Part shown: piece by piece, positions 30,501-42,224 of the stretch | How positions within the stretch are numbered: position 1 is the first letter of the stretch | How the letters are laid out: each line of letters starts with the position of its first letter | Origin: a virus | Taxonomy: Duplodnaviria; Heunggongvirae; Uroviricota; Caudoviricetes | Virus record (IMG/VR): IMGVR_UViG_3300028797_000094 | Coordinates: 166,524-230,523 of that record | Direction: 5' to 3' (one strand) | Length of the DNA stretch: 64,000 bases | The notes under the pieces: generated by a model | Database searches by the model: none | Told to the model about the DNA's origin: nothing | What the model saw: the letters and a program-made list of their open reading frames with translations, nothing else | Program-made: the position numbers and the translations under genes

Positions 30501-33500
30501 TGCAGAAAGTTCTGAGCTATGGGTTAATGTTCCAGGAGCTTATGATCAAACTAAATATTATTGGGAAAGAACAAAAACAACTTTTGATGATGGAACAATT
30601 TCATATTCAGTTGGTGTTAAAAATGAAGAACTAAATGAATGCTTTGTATTAGCACAAGGTAGAACTAAGTCTATTAGAGGCACCCGTAATGTTATGTGAA
30701 GTTTGCGTGATCAATTAAAAGTTGATGATATTTGATTCTGTACAGAAGATTATTATCAAAATTCACATAGTAGTACTCCACAAGATGCTAATGATGAGCT
30801 TATTTTTGAAGCTAATAATTTATATGTAATTAATGAAATTACTAAAGAAGCTGGTGCTGTTACAAATATTAGTTTTGATCAAGTTGTTAGTGAAGAAATT
30901 GTTAATAAGTTAACAGCAAATTATATTGACGCTCATGAAATTACTGCCGATCTTATTAATATTATAAAAACTAGTGGTGGTCAAAGCAGTACTATATTTA
31001 AAGCTGATGGTAGAAGAAGTACACAAGAACACCCAATTTCAGATGATGATAGAGTTCAAATTGGTGGATTTAAAGTAACTGATAGTTCTTTACACACTGA
31101 GGGTCTTACAAGCATGTCACAAACTTATCCAATAGATCCTAACACTGGTGAACGTGCAATAGATCCTGAAACAGGTGAACCAATTTATTTAAATGGTGTT
31201 TATGTTGGTACTGATGGTATTAGACTTGGTGAAAAATTTAAAGTTGAACCAGATGGTACAGTTACTGCATCTGATTTCCAAAAATGAATTAGAAATGATG
31301 TTGATTATCAAGTAAGTAATTCAGGCTCACAAATTCCAAGTACTTGGGATACTTGAGCTAATGTTATAAATAATTATGTTGATGGTACTTATTTATGAAC
31401 TAGAACAACACCAGTTTACCAACAAGTTGGAAGTAACCAATATAGTAGAGGTGAAGCAACTTATACAGTTTCTAGTAAAGGTATTGAAGGTACTGCACCT
31501 CATATAGATGCTACAACAGGAAATTGATTTATTGGAAATACTGATACAGAAGTTCATGCAGAAGGTCCACAAGGTATTCCAGGTGTTTCTTATACAATTA
31601 ATATTGAAAATGAATATGTAACAATTCCTTGTGATGATACAGGTGCTCCAATTGATCCAATTGATCCAAATTGAGCAACAACTACTAAGCATACTTTAAC
31701 ATTTTTAGAAAATCTTAGTAGAATTGCTGTAGATGATATTACTATTTCTAGCACTATACCAAGCTCTGGTACAGGCTATACATTATATTATAATATAACA
31801 GGCTTTACTACAATTCGTGGCCCAAGAAAAATTGGAACTTATACTATTTCTGCAGATGTTACAGCAATGCCTAATGCAACAGCAACTGGATGCATTGACT
31901 ATAGCTTATATAAAGGAACTATTTTAGTTGCACAAGCTAAATTTGAATTAGTTAAACAATTAAATGGTGCTGATGGTGTAAGTCCAGTAATTTATAATAT
32001 TAAAAAAGATATTAGTTATATTGCTAAGACAACTGATACAAATAATCCATATAAACAATTAGGTTTTAGTTTTGGTTTAGACAAAATTGAAGGTAGTACT
32101 ACAAGCCCAATAAAAGCTTTTTACTATGAAATTATTGTAGACAATACTGCTACTCCTATTCAAGGTTCTATAGATGAAACTTCAACTGGTGATGGTCTTA
32201 TTGATGTTGATCTTTCTGCAACACATGTTGCTGGTGATTATAATATAACTCCAAATACACAAGTTGAACTTAAAATTTATAGTGATAATTCTTATTCAGC
32301 TGCTAAATTATTAGATAAAGAAACCATTATGGTTGTTTCTGATGGTGATGATGGTGATACTCCAGAAATTATTAATGATTATTGATATATTAATGGCACT
32401 TCAACTGGCGTAAAAGCATTAGGACAAGATGGAACTTCACCATATACTATAAGTATTACTAATGATTTTGATTCAGTATCAGCAGACAATAGTTTAGAGT
32501 ATGATGATAGTTATGCTTTTGCAACTCAAACTTTACATACTGTTAGTGTATATTATGGAAAAGATTTAGTTAATTTTATAGTAGTAAATTCTGCACCAAG
32601 TGCTTCAGATACTGGTGTAAAAGTTTATTGTCATGTAGATAGCGTAACTGCAAAATATACAACACATAGCTCTGCAGATCATTTTGATAATTATCTTGAT
32701 AATAGTAGTAGTTTAGCATTTAACCCTAGATTATCTGCAAAAGGTAAAATTATTTATGATTTATATGTAGATGGTCATTTACAAGATTCTACAGAATTTG
32801 TAGTAGTAAAGAATAAATCTGGTGCTGATGCAATTGACTACTATATGATATTAGATGCTAATACAATTAGTATTGATGTAAATAATAATAATGCTATTTC
32901 ACCTTCACATATTATGCCAGCTGGTCGTAAACAAATTGGTAGCGGCAGTGCTTCTGCTTTTCCAAATGCTGGTTCTAGTACTCCTAACTATTATAAAGTA
33001 TATTGGGATAATGATTCAGAACATCCAATTGATTGGACTGCCCTTTATGATACGGGTATTCCTACAACAGGAGCTGCAAGTCATACTAGATTAAATATTG
33101 AATTATATAAAACTACAGATAAAGCAGCTGCTGATTTATTAGATAGAGAAACTGTAGCTGTTGTTAAAAATGGTAAAACTCCAGTTAAGGGCACTGATTA
33201 TGATGATGGTAAATCTATTACAATGCAAGCTAATGAAGCTGCTTGTCAAGCTATTGGTGATGGTTATATTAATTCAAGTGATGGTCATTTATATGTAGTA
33301 AATGCTACTAGTCCATCTATAACTTTTACAGATTGTGGTAAAGTTAAACCAATTAAAGGTACTGATTATGATGATGGTACTCCTGCTCCATATATTACAA
33401 GTACTGTACCTCAATATATAAGTTGAAGTATAGAAGCTCAAACAGATCCAACAGGATCAGAAGATGAGGTTGATGCTGCACATAATACATATGGAAAATG

Positions 33501-35814
33501 ATGTGAAGTACCATATAATTATGATGCTTCATATAAATATTGAACAAGAACTGTAACTACTTATAGTGATAGCACTCAAGCTAATCCACATATAGATAAA
33601 AGTACTCCAGTTTTATGTCAAGAATTAAATGAAGCATTTAGTGTTACACAAGGTAAATCTACGACTTATTATAGCTCAACTATCCCTGAGAATCCAAATA
33701 AAGGTGATGCTTGATTCTGTACTGGATATATAGATGTGGAAGGTGATCCAGTAAATAATGTTCATAAATATGACACAGATACACGATATGGCGCACATAA
33801 ATGAGTAATTGGGCCAGATGACAAATTTTGATTTACTTTATATGATACTTTTACAACAACTACAAGTTGAGAAGACTTTAAATCAGCTGCCCAACCAATA
33901 GAATGAAGTACTATTAATAGTAGTTCTGAATGATTTAGATATAAAATTGCATATTTTAAAAATACTTTATATCAATGAGATGGCGCAGCTAGTTATCCAA
34001 TATGACATCCAATTAGTGATGAAATAATTGCAAATAAAGTTACTGCAACTTATATTAATTCATTAGGAATTACTACTGCAGGTATTGAAGTTAAAAATGG
34101 CAATAATACAGTTTTATCTGCTTATGCTGATCAACCAAACAATGTTATCGTTGGTGGTTTTACTGTTGGAATAGATAGTTTAACTAAAGCTACTAATAAT
34201 AGCTATGTTAAACTTGGCACAGATGAAATTATTTTAGGTAAAGCTATTAATAATAATTTATATCCATTTAAAGTTACAAATTCTGGTAATGCAACAATTA
34301 ATTCTGCTAATATTGGATTGCCTTTAGCTTTTGCTTCGGGTGTATATTGAAAAACTTTACCAACAGATTTTGATCATGGCTGACCACTATATAATCCACA
34401 GACTGGTGGACAACATACGCTTACTTTTACTTTTCCATCTGAATCAAAAGTTGATGATAATGATGATACAAGTTATGTACTTGACAGTATTGCAGTAGAA
34501 GCTAATGATAGTAGTACTGTAATATCAGAAACAATAGTTGGAAAACAAATTAGTAAATTATCAGCAACTGTAAATAGAGAAGTTATAACTAGAAATAGCG
34601 GCGAGCCATTTGGTGAAATAAGATATGAAGTAATTATTTTTGCAGATGCTGCAAAATTTAGTAGCAGCACTCCAGTAGTTAATATACAAATAACTGCTAT
34701 AAAAACTAATTTTTTAACTAGTAGATCTTATACATCAACTAAAAGTAGCTTTTTAGAAGCTAGTACTTGCTTAGGTCATAATGAAAATGTTGCTGGCTAT
34801 ACTAATTATGCAAGTGCTGATTGTATTACTATTAGTAACGGTGCTTTGCAATTTAATAATGCAAAATTAAGTAAATATGGTATTACTATTACTGATTTAA
34901 ATGATCAAGAACAGTTTACTCCTTGAACAAGCGTACCTGGTAGTTTTGGTCATTTTGTATATAATGAATTAACTAATTGAACACCAGTTAATTTAACTTT
35001 AGCTGATTCAGCTGTTAAATTAGGTGATTATGTAACTATGCAGTTTGCAGCAGATAGTACAGCAAATCCATTTAAAAAATTTAATTATCCACAACCTACT
35101 ACTCTTAATTTACCATTAGATAAAGCTTTACCAGAAGGTTTATTATATAATAGTGTAAAGGGTCAAGTATTTGGTTTATTTCCTAATACAGTTAATTTAT
35201 GAATAACTGGTACAAATAGTAATACAGTTTTAAATATTTCTGGAAAAGTATATAATAATTTTGGTATTGATACAATGCCGATTTTACCAACTGCACCATT
35301 AATTATACCTTTGTGCTATTCAGAAGGTTATGGTGGTTATGTAGCAACAGGTGTCATGATTAATAATTCAACATTAAAAGCTTATAATATATTAGGATAT
35401 GAAGATCAAACTGATAATAAACTTTATTTTCTTTTTGCTGTCGCTCGTCCATATATTTATACATATGATATAAGTTATAACGTTCACTTTACAAATGTTA
35501 GAGTTGGTGGTACTTTAATACCAGATAGTAATTATTCTTTTAAACAGGTTGGCGGAAGAACAGACTTTATTAGACCAGAAGAGGTTGTATTTGGTAATGG
35601 TATAAATAGATTTTTACAAATAGATTTATATGGTATGTATTATACAGGATTTGATAAGAATAGTTCTACTACGCACCATATTACTTTTGATAGCTGTGTT
35701 GAATATTCATATTTAGGTAAAGATAGTCATGATCGAGACGAGTGAAAAGCATCTACTGCTAATGGTACAAGTCTTGATGTATCTGTAATAATGAAAGGAG
35801 CAATAATAGACTAA
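27580..35814 (+). CDS. 2,744-aa tail or receptor-binding-type virion protein with a collagen segment and repeated domains (TGA read as Trp)
   Basis: Read codon by codon: no TAA or TAG from ATG 27580 (AAGGAG RBS) to TAA 35812. About 43 TGA against about 8 TGG; recurring YL[TGA]N.E and ND(F)DSxPC repeats. Confidence 0.85.
27745..27879 (+). repeat. Collagen-like Gly-X-Y tract (15 triplets)
   Basis: GDK GDK GDP GEK GAD GAP ... GES. Confidence 0.9.
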
Positions 35815-35957
35815 TGAACAACAAAGATAAATTACAAAAAATAGAAAGTTTATTTAACAAATATGATGGACAACTTGCACCAGTAAAAAATAATGAAGAA
35901 ATTAAAGTAGTAGAGACTGAAGAACAAACAGACTCTACTACTGAAAGTGAGGAATAA
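35814..35957 (+). CDS. Small acidic hypothetical protein (47 aa)
   Basis: TAATG coupling; AAAGGAG upstream. Confidence 0.45.
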   Translation: MNNKDKLQKIESLFNKYDGQLAPVKNNEEIKVVETEEQTDSTTESEE

Positions 35958-35959
35958 TT

Positions 35960-37300
35960 ATGTATACTTTAAATGATGCAGTTATTATTGGAATTACTGG
36001 TCGTAGTGGTAAATCTTCTACTGCTTATCTTGTTCATGAGTATTTAAAAAGTATTGGTAAAAAGTCAATTATTTATAGTTCATGCTTAGTAGAATCACCA
36101 GCAAGTTTTGCAGAAGACGGCGTATCTTATGATTTTGCTTTTAGTTCTGAAAGAGCCATTGTTAATATTTTAAATGAAGCTATTGCTTATGAAGCAGAAT
36201 ATATTATTTTAGAGTGCTGAGAAGCTTCTATTGCAAAAGGTGTGTTTGATAATATTCCATTTGATATTAAATGTTTAACTAAGTTTTATTACACAGGAAA
36301 TGGTCATATTTCAGCTGAACAAGTATATCAAAATAAATTAAGATTTTTTAAAGATGATGAAGATGCTATTTGTTTATTTAATATTGTGGGTGATGAAAAG
36401 TATACTCCAGATTATTCAACTTCAAGAATGATTTCAGAAGCTAATTGTTCTAATGTAGTATTATATGATTCAATTGGACTTAAAGACTGATTTATGGCAG
36501 ATTCAAGCTTGGCACCATATGATGTTATTTTTAGATGTCGTGGTCAAATTGCAAATAATTTTACAGCTAATGATGTAAAATATTATGCAAATGGTAGAAC
36601 TTTTGGATTAGAACAACAAAGTGCAAATTTATATTGTAATGGAACAAATTTTAATATAAATACAACACTTGCAGGTAGTGCTCATTTAGAAAATATTGTT
36701 AGTGCAATGGCAATATTAAATGAAGCCGGTGCATTTGATATAGATGCTTTTCAATCTTTTATTTCTAACCCAGATTTACAAATTCCAGGTCGTATGGAAG
36801 ATATTGAGTATCAAGATAAAACTATTATTATAGATACTGATGCAGATAGTGCTTTACCTATAATTAAAAGATTATCTGGTAATCGTAGAATTGTTGTAGT
36901 TGATTCTTATCGTTTAACAAAAATTGATAGTAATGAGCAATATAGAAAAGATAATCCTGATATTTCTTATGAATATAATTTTGATTATGAACCATCAATT
37001 TTAAATCAATATGCAGATTTTGTTTATGTTACAACTGATGATATATGTGATTTACATGAAGGAATAATTATTAGTAATTTTGCTAGTAGACTTACTGTTC
37101 CATATGAAATTATAAGTGATCGTAAACAAGCAATTAGAACTGCTATTGTTGAAAATGGTGATAATCATAATGATATTATTTGTATTTTAGGTAGAGGTAA
37201 TAGAGATATTAGATTTACTGGTTACCACTCAATTGAGTTATTTAACGATAGAAAAGTTGTTCAAGAAATATTAGAAGAATTAGAAAATGAAAGGAAATAA
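35960..37300 (+). CDS. Mur-ligase-like protein 4, 446 aa (2 TGA read as Trp)
   Basis: GITGRSGKSS, IILE, NIVSAMA, IPGRME and DRKQAIRTAI..DIICILGRG motifs. Three track ORFs lie in one frame. Confidence 0.85.
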
Positions 37301-37303
37301 AAC

Positions 37304-37468
37304 ATGAGAAAATTTAAAGTAACATTAATTAGAGAGGATCCTTCTTTAGAGCCTTATGTATTTATTGTTGAGGCAGAAGATGAAGCTGCAGCTGTTTTAT
37401 TAGTTTGTAATGAACATGCAGATTTGCCTGATGTTGAAGCAATTCAATGTGAAGAAATTTTTTATTAA
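37304..37468 (+). CDS. Small hypothetical protein (54 aa)
   Basis: AAGGA RBS; ATG to TAA; terminator at about 37479-37507. Confidence 0.5.
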   Translation: MRKFKVTLIREDPSLEPYVFIVEAEDEAAAVLLVCNEHADLPDVEAIQCEEIFY

Positions 37469-37547
37469 ATAAAAATTAGACAATATTTCAAAATATTGTC
37501 TTTTTTTATTGTATAATAATATGATAGATAAAAGGAGTTTAAAAATT

Positions 37548-38105
37548 ATGCAATTTATTAAAACAAGAGATGTTAAAGACCCTGTTAGAAATGTGGGTGA
37601 AAATGCTGGTATTGATGTCTATATTCCAGAAAATAATGGACAATTTAGATTAGATTTACTTTTGAAAAATCCAGCTGTACATTTTGCAGATAGTAATGAT
37701 TCAATTATGGAAGCTTTAAAAGTTGGTGCAAGTTATCTAACTCCAGAAGGTATAATTAATATTGCACCACACAAAGATATTATTATTCCAAGCGGTATCA
37801 GAAGTAAATTTGGTCCAGAACTTGCATTAATTGCAAATAATAAATCAGGAATTGCAACAAAAAAGAAATTAGTTTTTGGTGCATCAGTAATTGATTCAAG
37901 TTATCAAGGTGAATGGCATTTACATTTAATTAATACTTCTGATGAGTATCAAGTATTAGAATGTGGTCAAAAAGCAATTCAATTTATTCCACATTTAATT
38001 TCAACAGAACCAGTTGAAGTTTTAGATTTATCACCAGAAGAATTTTATAAAGATTCAACATCAACTCGTGGTGAGGGTTGGCAAGGAAGTACAGGTTTAA
38101 AATAA
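37548..38105 (+). CDS. dut: Trimeric dUTPase
   Basis: AGIDV, KSGIA, VIDSSYQGE and RGEGWQGSTG motifs; TTGTATAAT at 37509. Confidence 0.9.
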   Translation: MQFIKTRDVKDPVRNVGENAGIDVYIPENNGQFRLDLLLKNPAVHFADSNDSIMEALKVGASYLTPEGIINIAPHKDIIIPSGIRSKFGPELALIANNKSGIATKKKLVFGASVIDSSYQGEWHLHLINTSDEYQVLECGQKAIQFIPHLISTEPVEVLDLSPEEFYKDSTSTRGEGWQGSTGLK

Positions 38106-38117
38106 GGAGCATAATCA

Positions 38118-38846
38118 ATGCAAAAATGTTTTTGGGAAGCAAAATGCAATAAAAAAGATTGTGATAAAGATTTTTGCTTACGAAAATATAAATTAGAAGA
38201 TCTATTTTCTAAATCTTTATTAACACCAAGTCAATATAGTCGAAAAGATTTATATGTTGATAGTGATAATACAGATTTAGTTGAATTTCAACAATTATCT
38301 TTAATAGAAAAAAATATTGATAAGTTTGTTGAAGAAGGTCGAAATTTATATATTCATTCACATATTTGTGGAAATGGCAAAAGTTCTTGGGCAATTAGAA
38401 TGATTCAAGCATATTTCAACAAAATTTGGCCTGAGTCATCTTTAAAATGTCGTGCCTTATTCATTTCAGTTCCAAGATTTTTACTTGCTATAAAAGATTT
38501 TAAGAATACAAAAAATGATTATTTAGATTTTATTCAAGAAAATATTTTAAAAGCAGATTTGGTAGTTTGGGACGATATTGCAGCAAAAGTTGGAACAGAA
38601 TTTGAAATTTCTCATTTATTAAGTTATATAGATAATAGAATTTCTTTAAATAAAGCAAATATTTATACTTCAAACTTAAATAAAGATGAAATCACAGATG
38701 CTTTAGGTGAAAGACTTGCAAGTAGAGTCTGCAATTTTTCTATGGAAATTGAGTTAAAAGGTGCAGATAAACGTGGTCATGAAGTATCAGAATTAGATAA
38801 ATTTTTACAAAGTGTACAAAATAATAATGGAGGTAATCAATGTTAA
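38118..38846 (+). CDS. DnaC/IstB-like AAA+ helicase loader
   Basis: GNGKSS Walker A, VWDDI Walker B, IYTSN and RLASR motifs. Confidence 0.75.
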   Translation: MQKCFWEAKCNKKDCDKDFCLRKYKLEDLFSKSLLTPSQYSRKDLYVDSDNTDLVEFQQLSLIEKNIDKFVEEGRNLYIHSHICGNGKSSWAIRMIQAYFNKIWPESSLKCRALFISVPRFLLAIKDFKNTKNDYLDFIQENILKADLVVWDDIAAKVGTEFEISHLLSYIDNRISLNKANIYTSNLNKDEITDALGERLASRVCNFSMEIELKGADKRGHEVSELDKFLQSVQNNNGGNQC

Positions 38847-40177
38847 GTCAATCTCAATTTTTAAGTAAGATTATAAGTTCACATGATTATTCTCTTGTTG
38901 TTAAAAATAATTTAAGTGATGATTATTTCTTTAATTATAAAAATGAATTTAATTTTATTAAAAATCATTATAATGCTTATCATGATGTACCAGATGAAGC
39001 TACATTTTTAGCACATTATCCAGATTTTGACTATATAAAAGATGTTAAAGAATCAGAAAAATATTTAGTTGAACAACTTTTAAATGACTATAAGCAAGCA
39101 AAGTTTGCAGAAATCTTTAATAATGCTAAAGAAAAGTTTGAAAGCGGCAAAGCAGATATTTCAGAATTAATGCATAATACTGCAGAAGCTTTAACAGAAG
39201 TTTCAGATAGAAATACTAAAATGTCTTGTACAGATATTACTGCTGACACTGATGAACGTTTTAAGCGTTATTTAGATAGAGTTAATCATAGATCTGAGTT
39301 TTATTTTCGTACAGGTTTTAAAGAATTAGATGATAAAATTGGTGGAATTGATACTAAGAATGAAAATATGGTTATTGCTGCTCGTACTGGTATTGGTAAA
39401 ACTTGGATGCTTGTTATAATGGCAGCAAATGCAGCTTTACAACAAAAGACTGTTGGTTTCTATTCAGGTGAAATGACGGTTGATAAAGTTGCAAGTCGTA
39501 TTGATACAATTCTTGGTAATGCTAAATGGCCAAGTTTCACAAATACTGCTATTACAAAAGGTGATGGCAATGCAAGTGATAACTATAAAAAGTATTTAGA
39601 TGAGCTAAAAGAAAAGCGTAAGAATAATGCAATTGGTCAAATTAAGATTTTAACACCAAAAGATATTAATGGTCCAGCAACAGTTGATGCATTAAGTGCA
39701 TTTGTTGAGCAAGAACATATTGATATTTTATTTGTCGACCAATATTCTTTACTTGAAGATACAAGTCATGCAAAAGTAGAGCATGAAAGAGTTGCAAATA
39801 TTTCAAAAGCTATTAAGAATTTACAAGTAATGAAAGAAATTCCAATTATTTCTGTTACTCAAAATAATAGAACTGGTGAAAAAGATAAAGATACTGGTAA
39901 ATTTATTCAAGATACAACTCAAATTGCTTTATCAGATAGAATTGGTCAAGATGCAACTGTTATTTTAATGCTAAGTCGTAAGCAAGAAAAAGTAAATGAC
40001 CACGATCAATTTGTTATTAATATCTTAAAATCACGTGATGGTGGTGATGGTCAAGAACTTGTTTATGAAGCAGACTTTGATAATGGTAAAATGACTTTTA
40101 TTCCTGAAGCAAAGAATAAAGAAGATGCTAAAAAAATGGCAAGTGCTTATGATGAAGATACAGGTGAAATGATTTAA
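38840..40177 (+). CDS. dnaB: DnaB-like replicative helicase
   Basis: AARTGIGKT, FYSGEM, FVDQYSLL, VTQNNR, SDRIGQDA and KSRDG motifs. Confidence 0.9.
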   Translation: MLSQSQFLSKIISSHDYSLVVKNNLSDDYFFNYKNEFNFIKNHYNAYHDVPDEATFLAHYPDFDYIKDVKESEKYLVEQLLNDYKQAKFAEIFNNAKEKFESGKADISELMHNTAEALTEVSDRNTKMSCTDITADTDERFKRYLDRVNHRSEFYFRTGFKELDDKIGGIDTKNENMVIAARTGIGKTWMLVIMAANAALQQKTVGFYSGEMTVDKVASRIDTILGNAKWPSFTNTAITKGDGNASDNYKKYLDELKEKRKNNAIGQIKILTPKDINGPATVDALSAFVEQEHIDILFVDQYSLLEDTSHAKVEHERVANISKAIKNLQVMKEIPIISVTQNNRTGEKDKDTGKFIQDTTQIALSDRIGQDATVILMLSRKQEKVNDHDQFVINILKSRDGGDGQELVYEADFDNGKMTFIPEAKNKEDAKKMASAYDEDTGEMI

Positions 40178-41133
40178 TGAGACAATTAATTATTGATAAT
40201 TATTTAATAGATAAACCTATCTTAGATATTCTTTATGATATTCAATTTATCTTAACAAATGGTAAACTTAGAGATATAAAACCAGGAACTGATGACATTG
40301 TAGTTACATGTCCATTCCATGCCGGTGGTGCTGAAAATCGCCCAGATATGAATATTTATATTGGTGATGATAAAAAGTTGCCTTATGGTTATTGTAGATG
40401 TTTTGCATGTGATGCAAAAGGCCCATTTTATAAATTAGTTGCTGCTTGTTTTGATAAATCTGAAGAATATGCTAAGAAATGGTTAATTGATCATTATGGT
40501 GTTAGACAAAAAGAAACAATTTCACTTGGTGATCCAATTGTGCCTAAACAACAAGCAGTAAAAACATATTTAGATGAAAAAGAATTAGATAAATATCAAA
40601 ATTATTGTTATTATTTGCAAAAACGTAAGATAACTCGTAATGTTTGTGAGTATTTTAATGTTAGATTTGACCCAGTAAAGCGTGAAGTTTTGTTTCCATG
40701 CTATAATGAATCAGGCAAATTAGTCATGATTCCGACAAGAAAGATTGATTATAAACAATTTTACTTGCCAAAAGATGTTGAAAAGCCAGTTTATGGGCTT
40801 GATAAAATAATAAAAAAGAATATAAATGAGTGTATTTTAACAGAAGGACCGTTTGACTGCTTAACTGCTTGGTCTTATGGTTTTCCTGCAATAGCATCAC
40901 TTGGTAATATAAGTGATGAACAAATAGAAATACTTGGAAAATCAACAATTACTCATCTATTATTAATGTTTGATAATGATGTTTATGGTCAAAAATTCGC
41001 AAAAAGAGTAAAAGAAAAGTTAAATAAACGAATTTTGGTTGATATTATTCATATTCCAAGCCCATATAAAGATATAAATGACTTAAATTATGAAACTTTT
41101 TGGAATTTATTATCTAAATATGTTAAAAAATAG
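40177..41133 (+). CDS. DnaG-type primase (zinc finger plus TOPRIM)
   Basis: CPFH..C.CF.C zinc finger; EGPFD and FDND motifs. Confidence 0.85.
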   Translation: MRQLIIDNYLIDKPILDILYDIQFILTNGKLRDIKPGTDDIVVTCPFHAGGAENRPDMNIYIGDDKKLPYGYCRCFACDAKGPFYKLVAACFDKSEEYAKKWLIDHYGVRQKETISLGDPIVPKQQAVKTYLDEKELDKYQNYCYYLQKRKITRNVCEYFNVRFDPVKREVLFPCYNESGKLVMIPTRKIDYKQFYLPKDVEKPVYGLDKIIKKNINECILTEGPFDCLTAWSYGFPAIASLGNISDEQIEILGKSTITHLLLMFDNDVYGQKFAKRVKEKLNKRILVDIIHIPSPYKDINDLNYETFWNLLSKYVKK

Positions 41134-41214
41134 AAAATTATATTGTATAATAATATGTGAAAAATAAAATTCACGAAAAGATAAAAACTTAAAAGATACA
41201 AGGAGAAAAAAATT

Positions 41215-42153
41215 ATGTCAGTTTTTACTTATGATGCTTATGTAAAAGAAAGCGAAAATCGCAAACAAAATGGTGGTAATTTTCCAAAGATTGGTTTTTT
41301 CAAATTAGCTAAAGATGGTGATGCTTGTTTAGTTAGATTTAATGTTCACTCACAAGCTGATTTAAAGTTAGTTAAGGTTCATAAACCAGTATTCGGAAAG
41401 AAATTTGAAGGATTATCAAATCCTTATGCAGGTATTAGTTGCTTCAATGATGTTACTCAACATTCAGCAGAAACTTGTCCATTATGTCAAGCTGCTGCAA
41501 ATGGTCATCCAGTAATTAATAAAGCAGAAAATGTTATCTTTGTTCAAATGATTGTTTCATACAAAGATCCAACAACTGGTGCATTTTCAGAACCAGTTCC
41601 AGTAGTATGGGAAAGAAAAGCAGCTTATGCTCGTGAATTAGCAGCTAAGTTAACAACTTATGGTGATTTAACTAACCAATTATTCCTTATGACACGTATT
41701 GGTTCAGGAAAAGAAACAAAGTATAACTTAGATTATGCTGTTCCAACTATTTTCAAGCCAGAAATGGTCCCAGCTGATTTTAGTGCATTTGAAAACTTCC
41801 AAGTTAATAGACATTCTTATTGGGAAAAATCACCTGAAGAAATTAATACTTATTTAATGACTGGTACATTCCCAGAAGTTGCTAAAGAAGAAGGTACTTC
41901 ACAAACAGCAACTGCTCAACCTGCTTATGCAGCTCCAGTTCAACCAACTGTACAACCAAGTTATGCTGGCGGATATGTAGCTCCAACTGCAACTCCAGCT
42001 CAACCAGCTTATCAAGCTCCAGTAAGCCCTGCCTATCAAGCACCTGCTACTCCAGTTTATAATACACCAGCAACTCCAGCTCAACCAGCTCAACCTGCTG
42101 GACAAGCACCAGCTGAAGAAAGACCTGCAAGACAATTTGGTGGCAGATTCTAA
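41215..42153 (+). CDS. Probable phage single-stranded DNA-binding protein with a Pro/Ala/Gln-rich tail
   Basis: C..CPLC metal site, position between primase and polymerase, and a low-complexity tail ending in F; TTGTATAAT at 41143. Confidence 0.6.
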   Translation: MSVFTYDAYVKESENRKQNGGNFPKIGFFKLAKDGDACLVRFNVHSQADLKLVKVHKPVFGKKFEGLSNPYAGISCFNDVTQHSAETCPLCQAAANGHPVINKAENVIFVQMIVSYKDPTTGAFSEPVPVVWERKAAYARELAAKLTTYGDLTNQLFLMTRIGSGKETKYNLDYAVPTIFKPEMVPADFSAFENFQVNRHSYWEKSPEEINTYLMTGTFPEVAKEEGTSQTATAQPAYAAPVQPTVQPSYAGGYVAPTATPAQPAYQAPVSPAYQAPATPVYNTPATPAQPAQPAGQAPAEERPARQFGGRF

Positions 42154-42224
42154 TTAAAAATATTTTTCAAAAAGGCCTTAAAAAAGGTCTTTTTTTATTG
42201 TATAATATATAGAGGTGCTATACA

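Noticed and set aside
2921-37300. Fragmented ORFs read as pseudogenes or sequencing frameshifts
   Set aside because: The fragments stay in one frame, are broken only by TGA and never by TAA or TAG, and the breaks fall at Trp-like positions.
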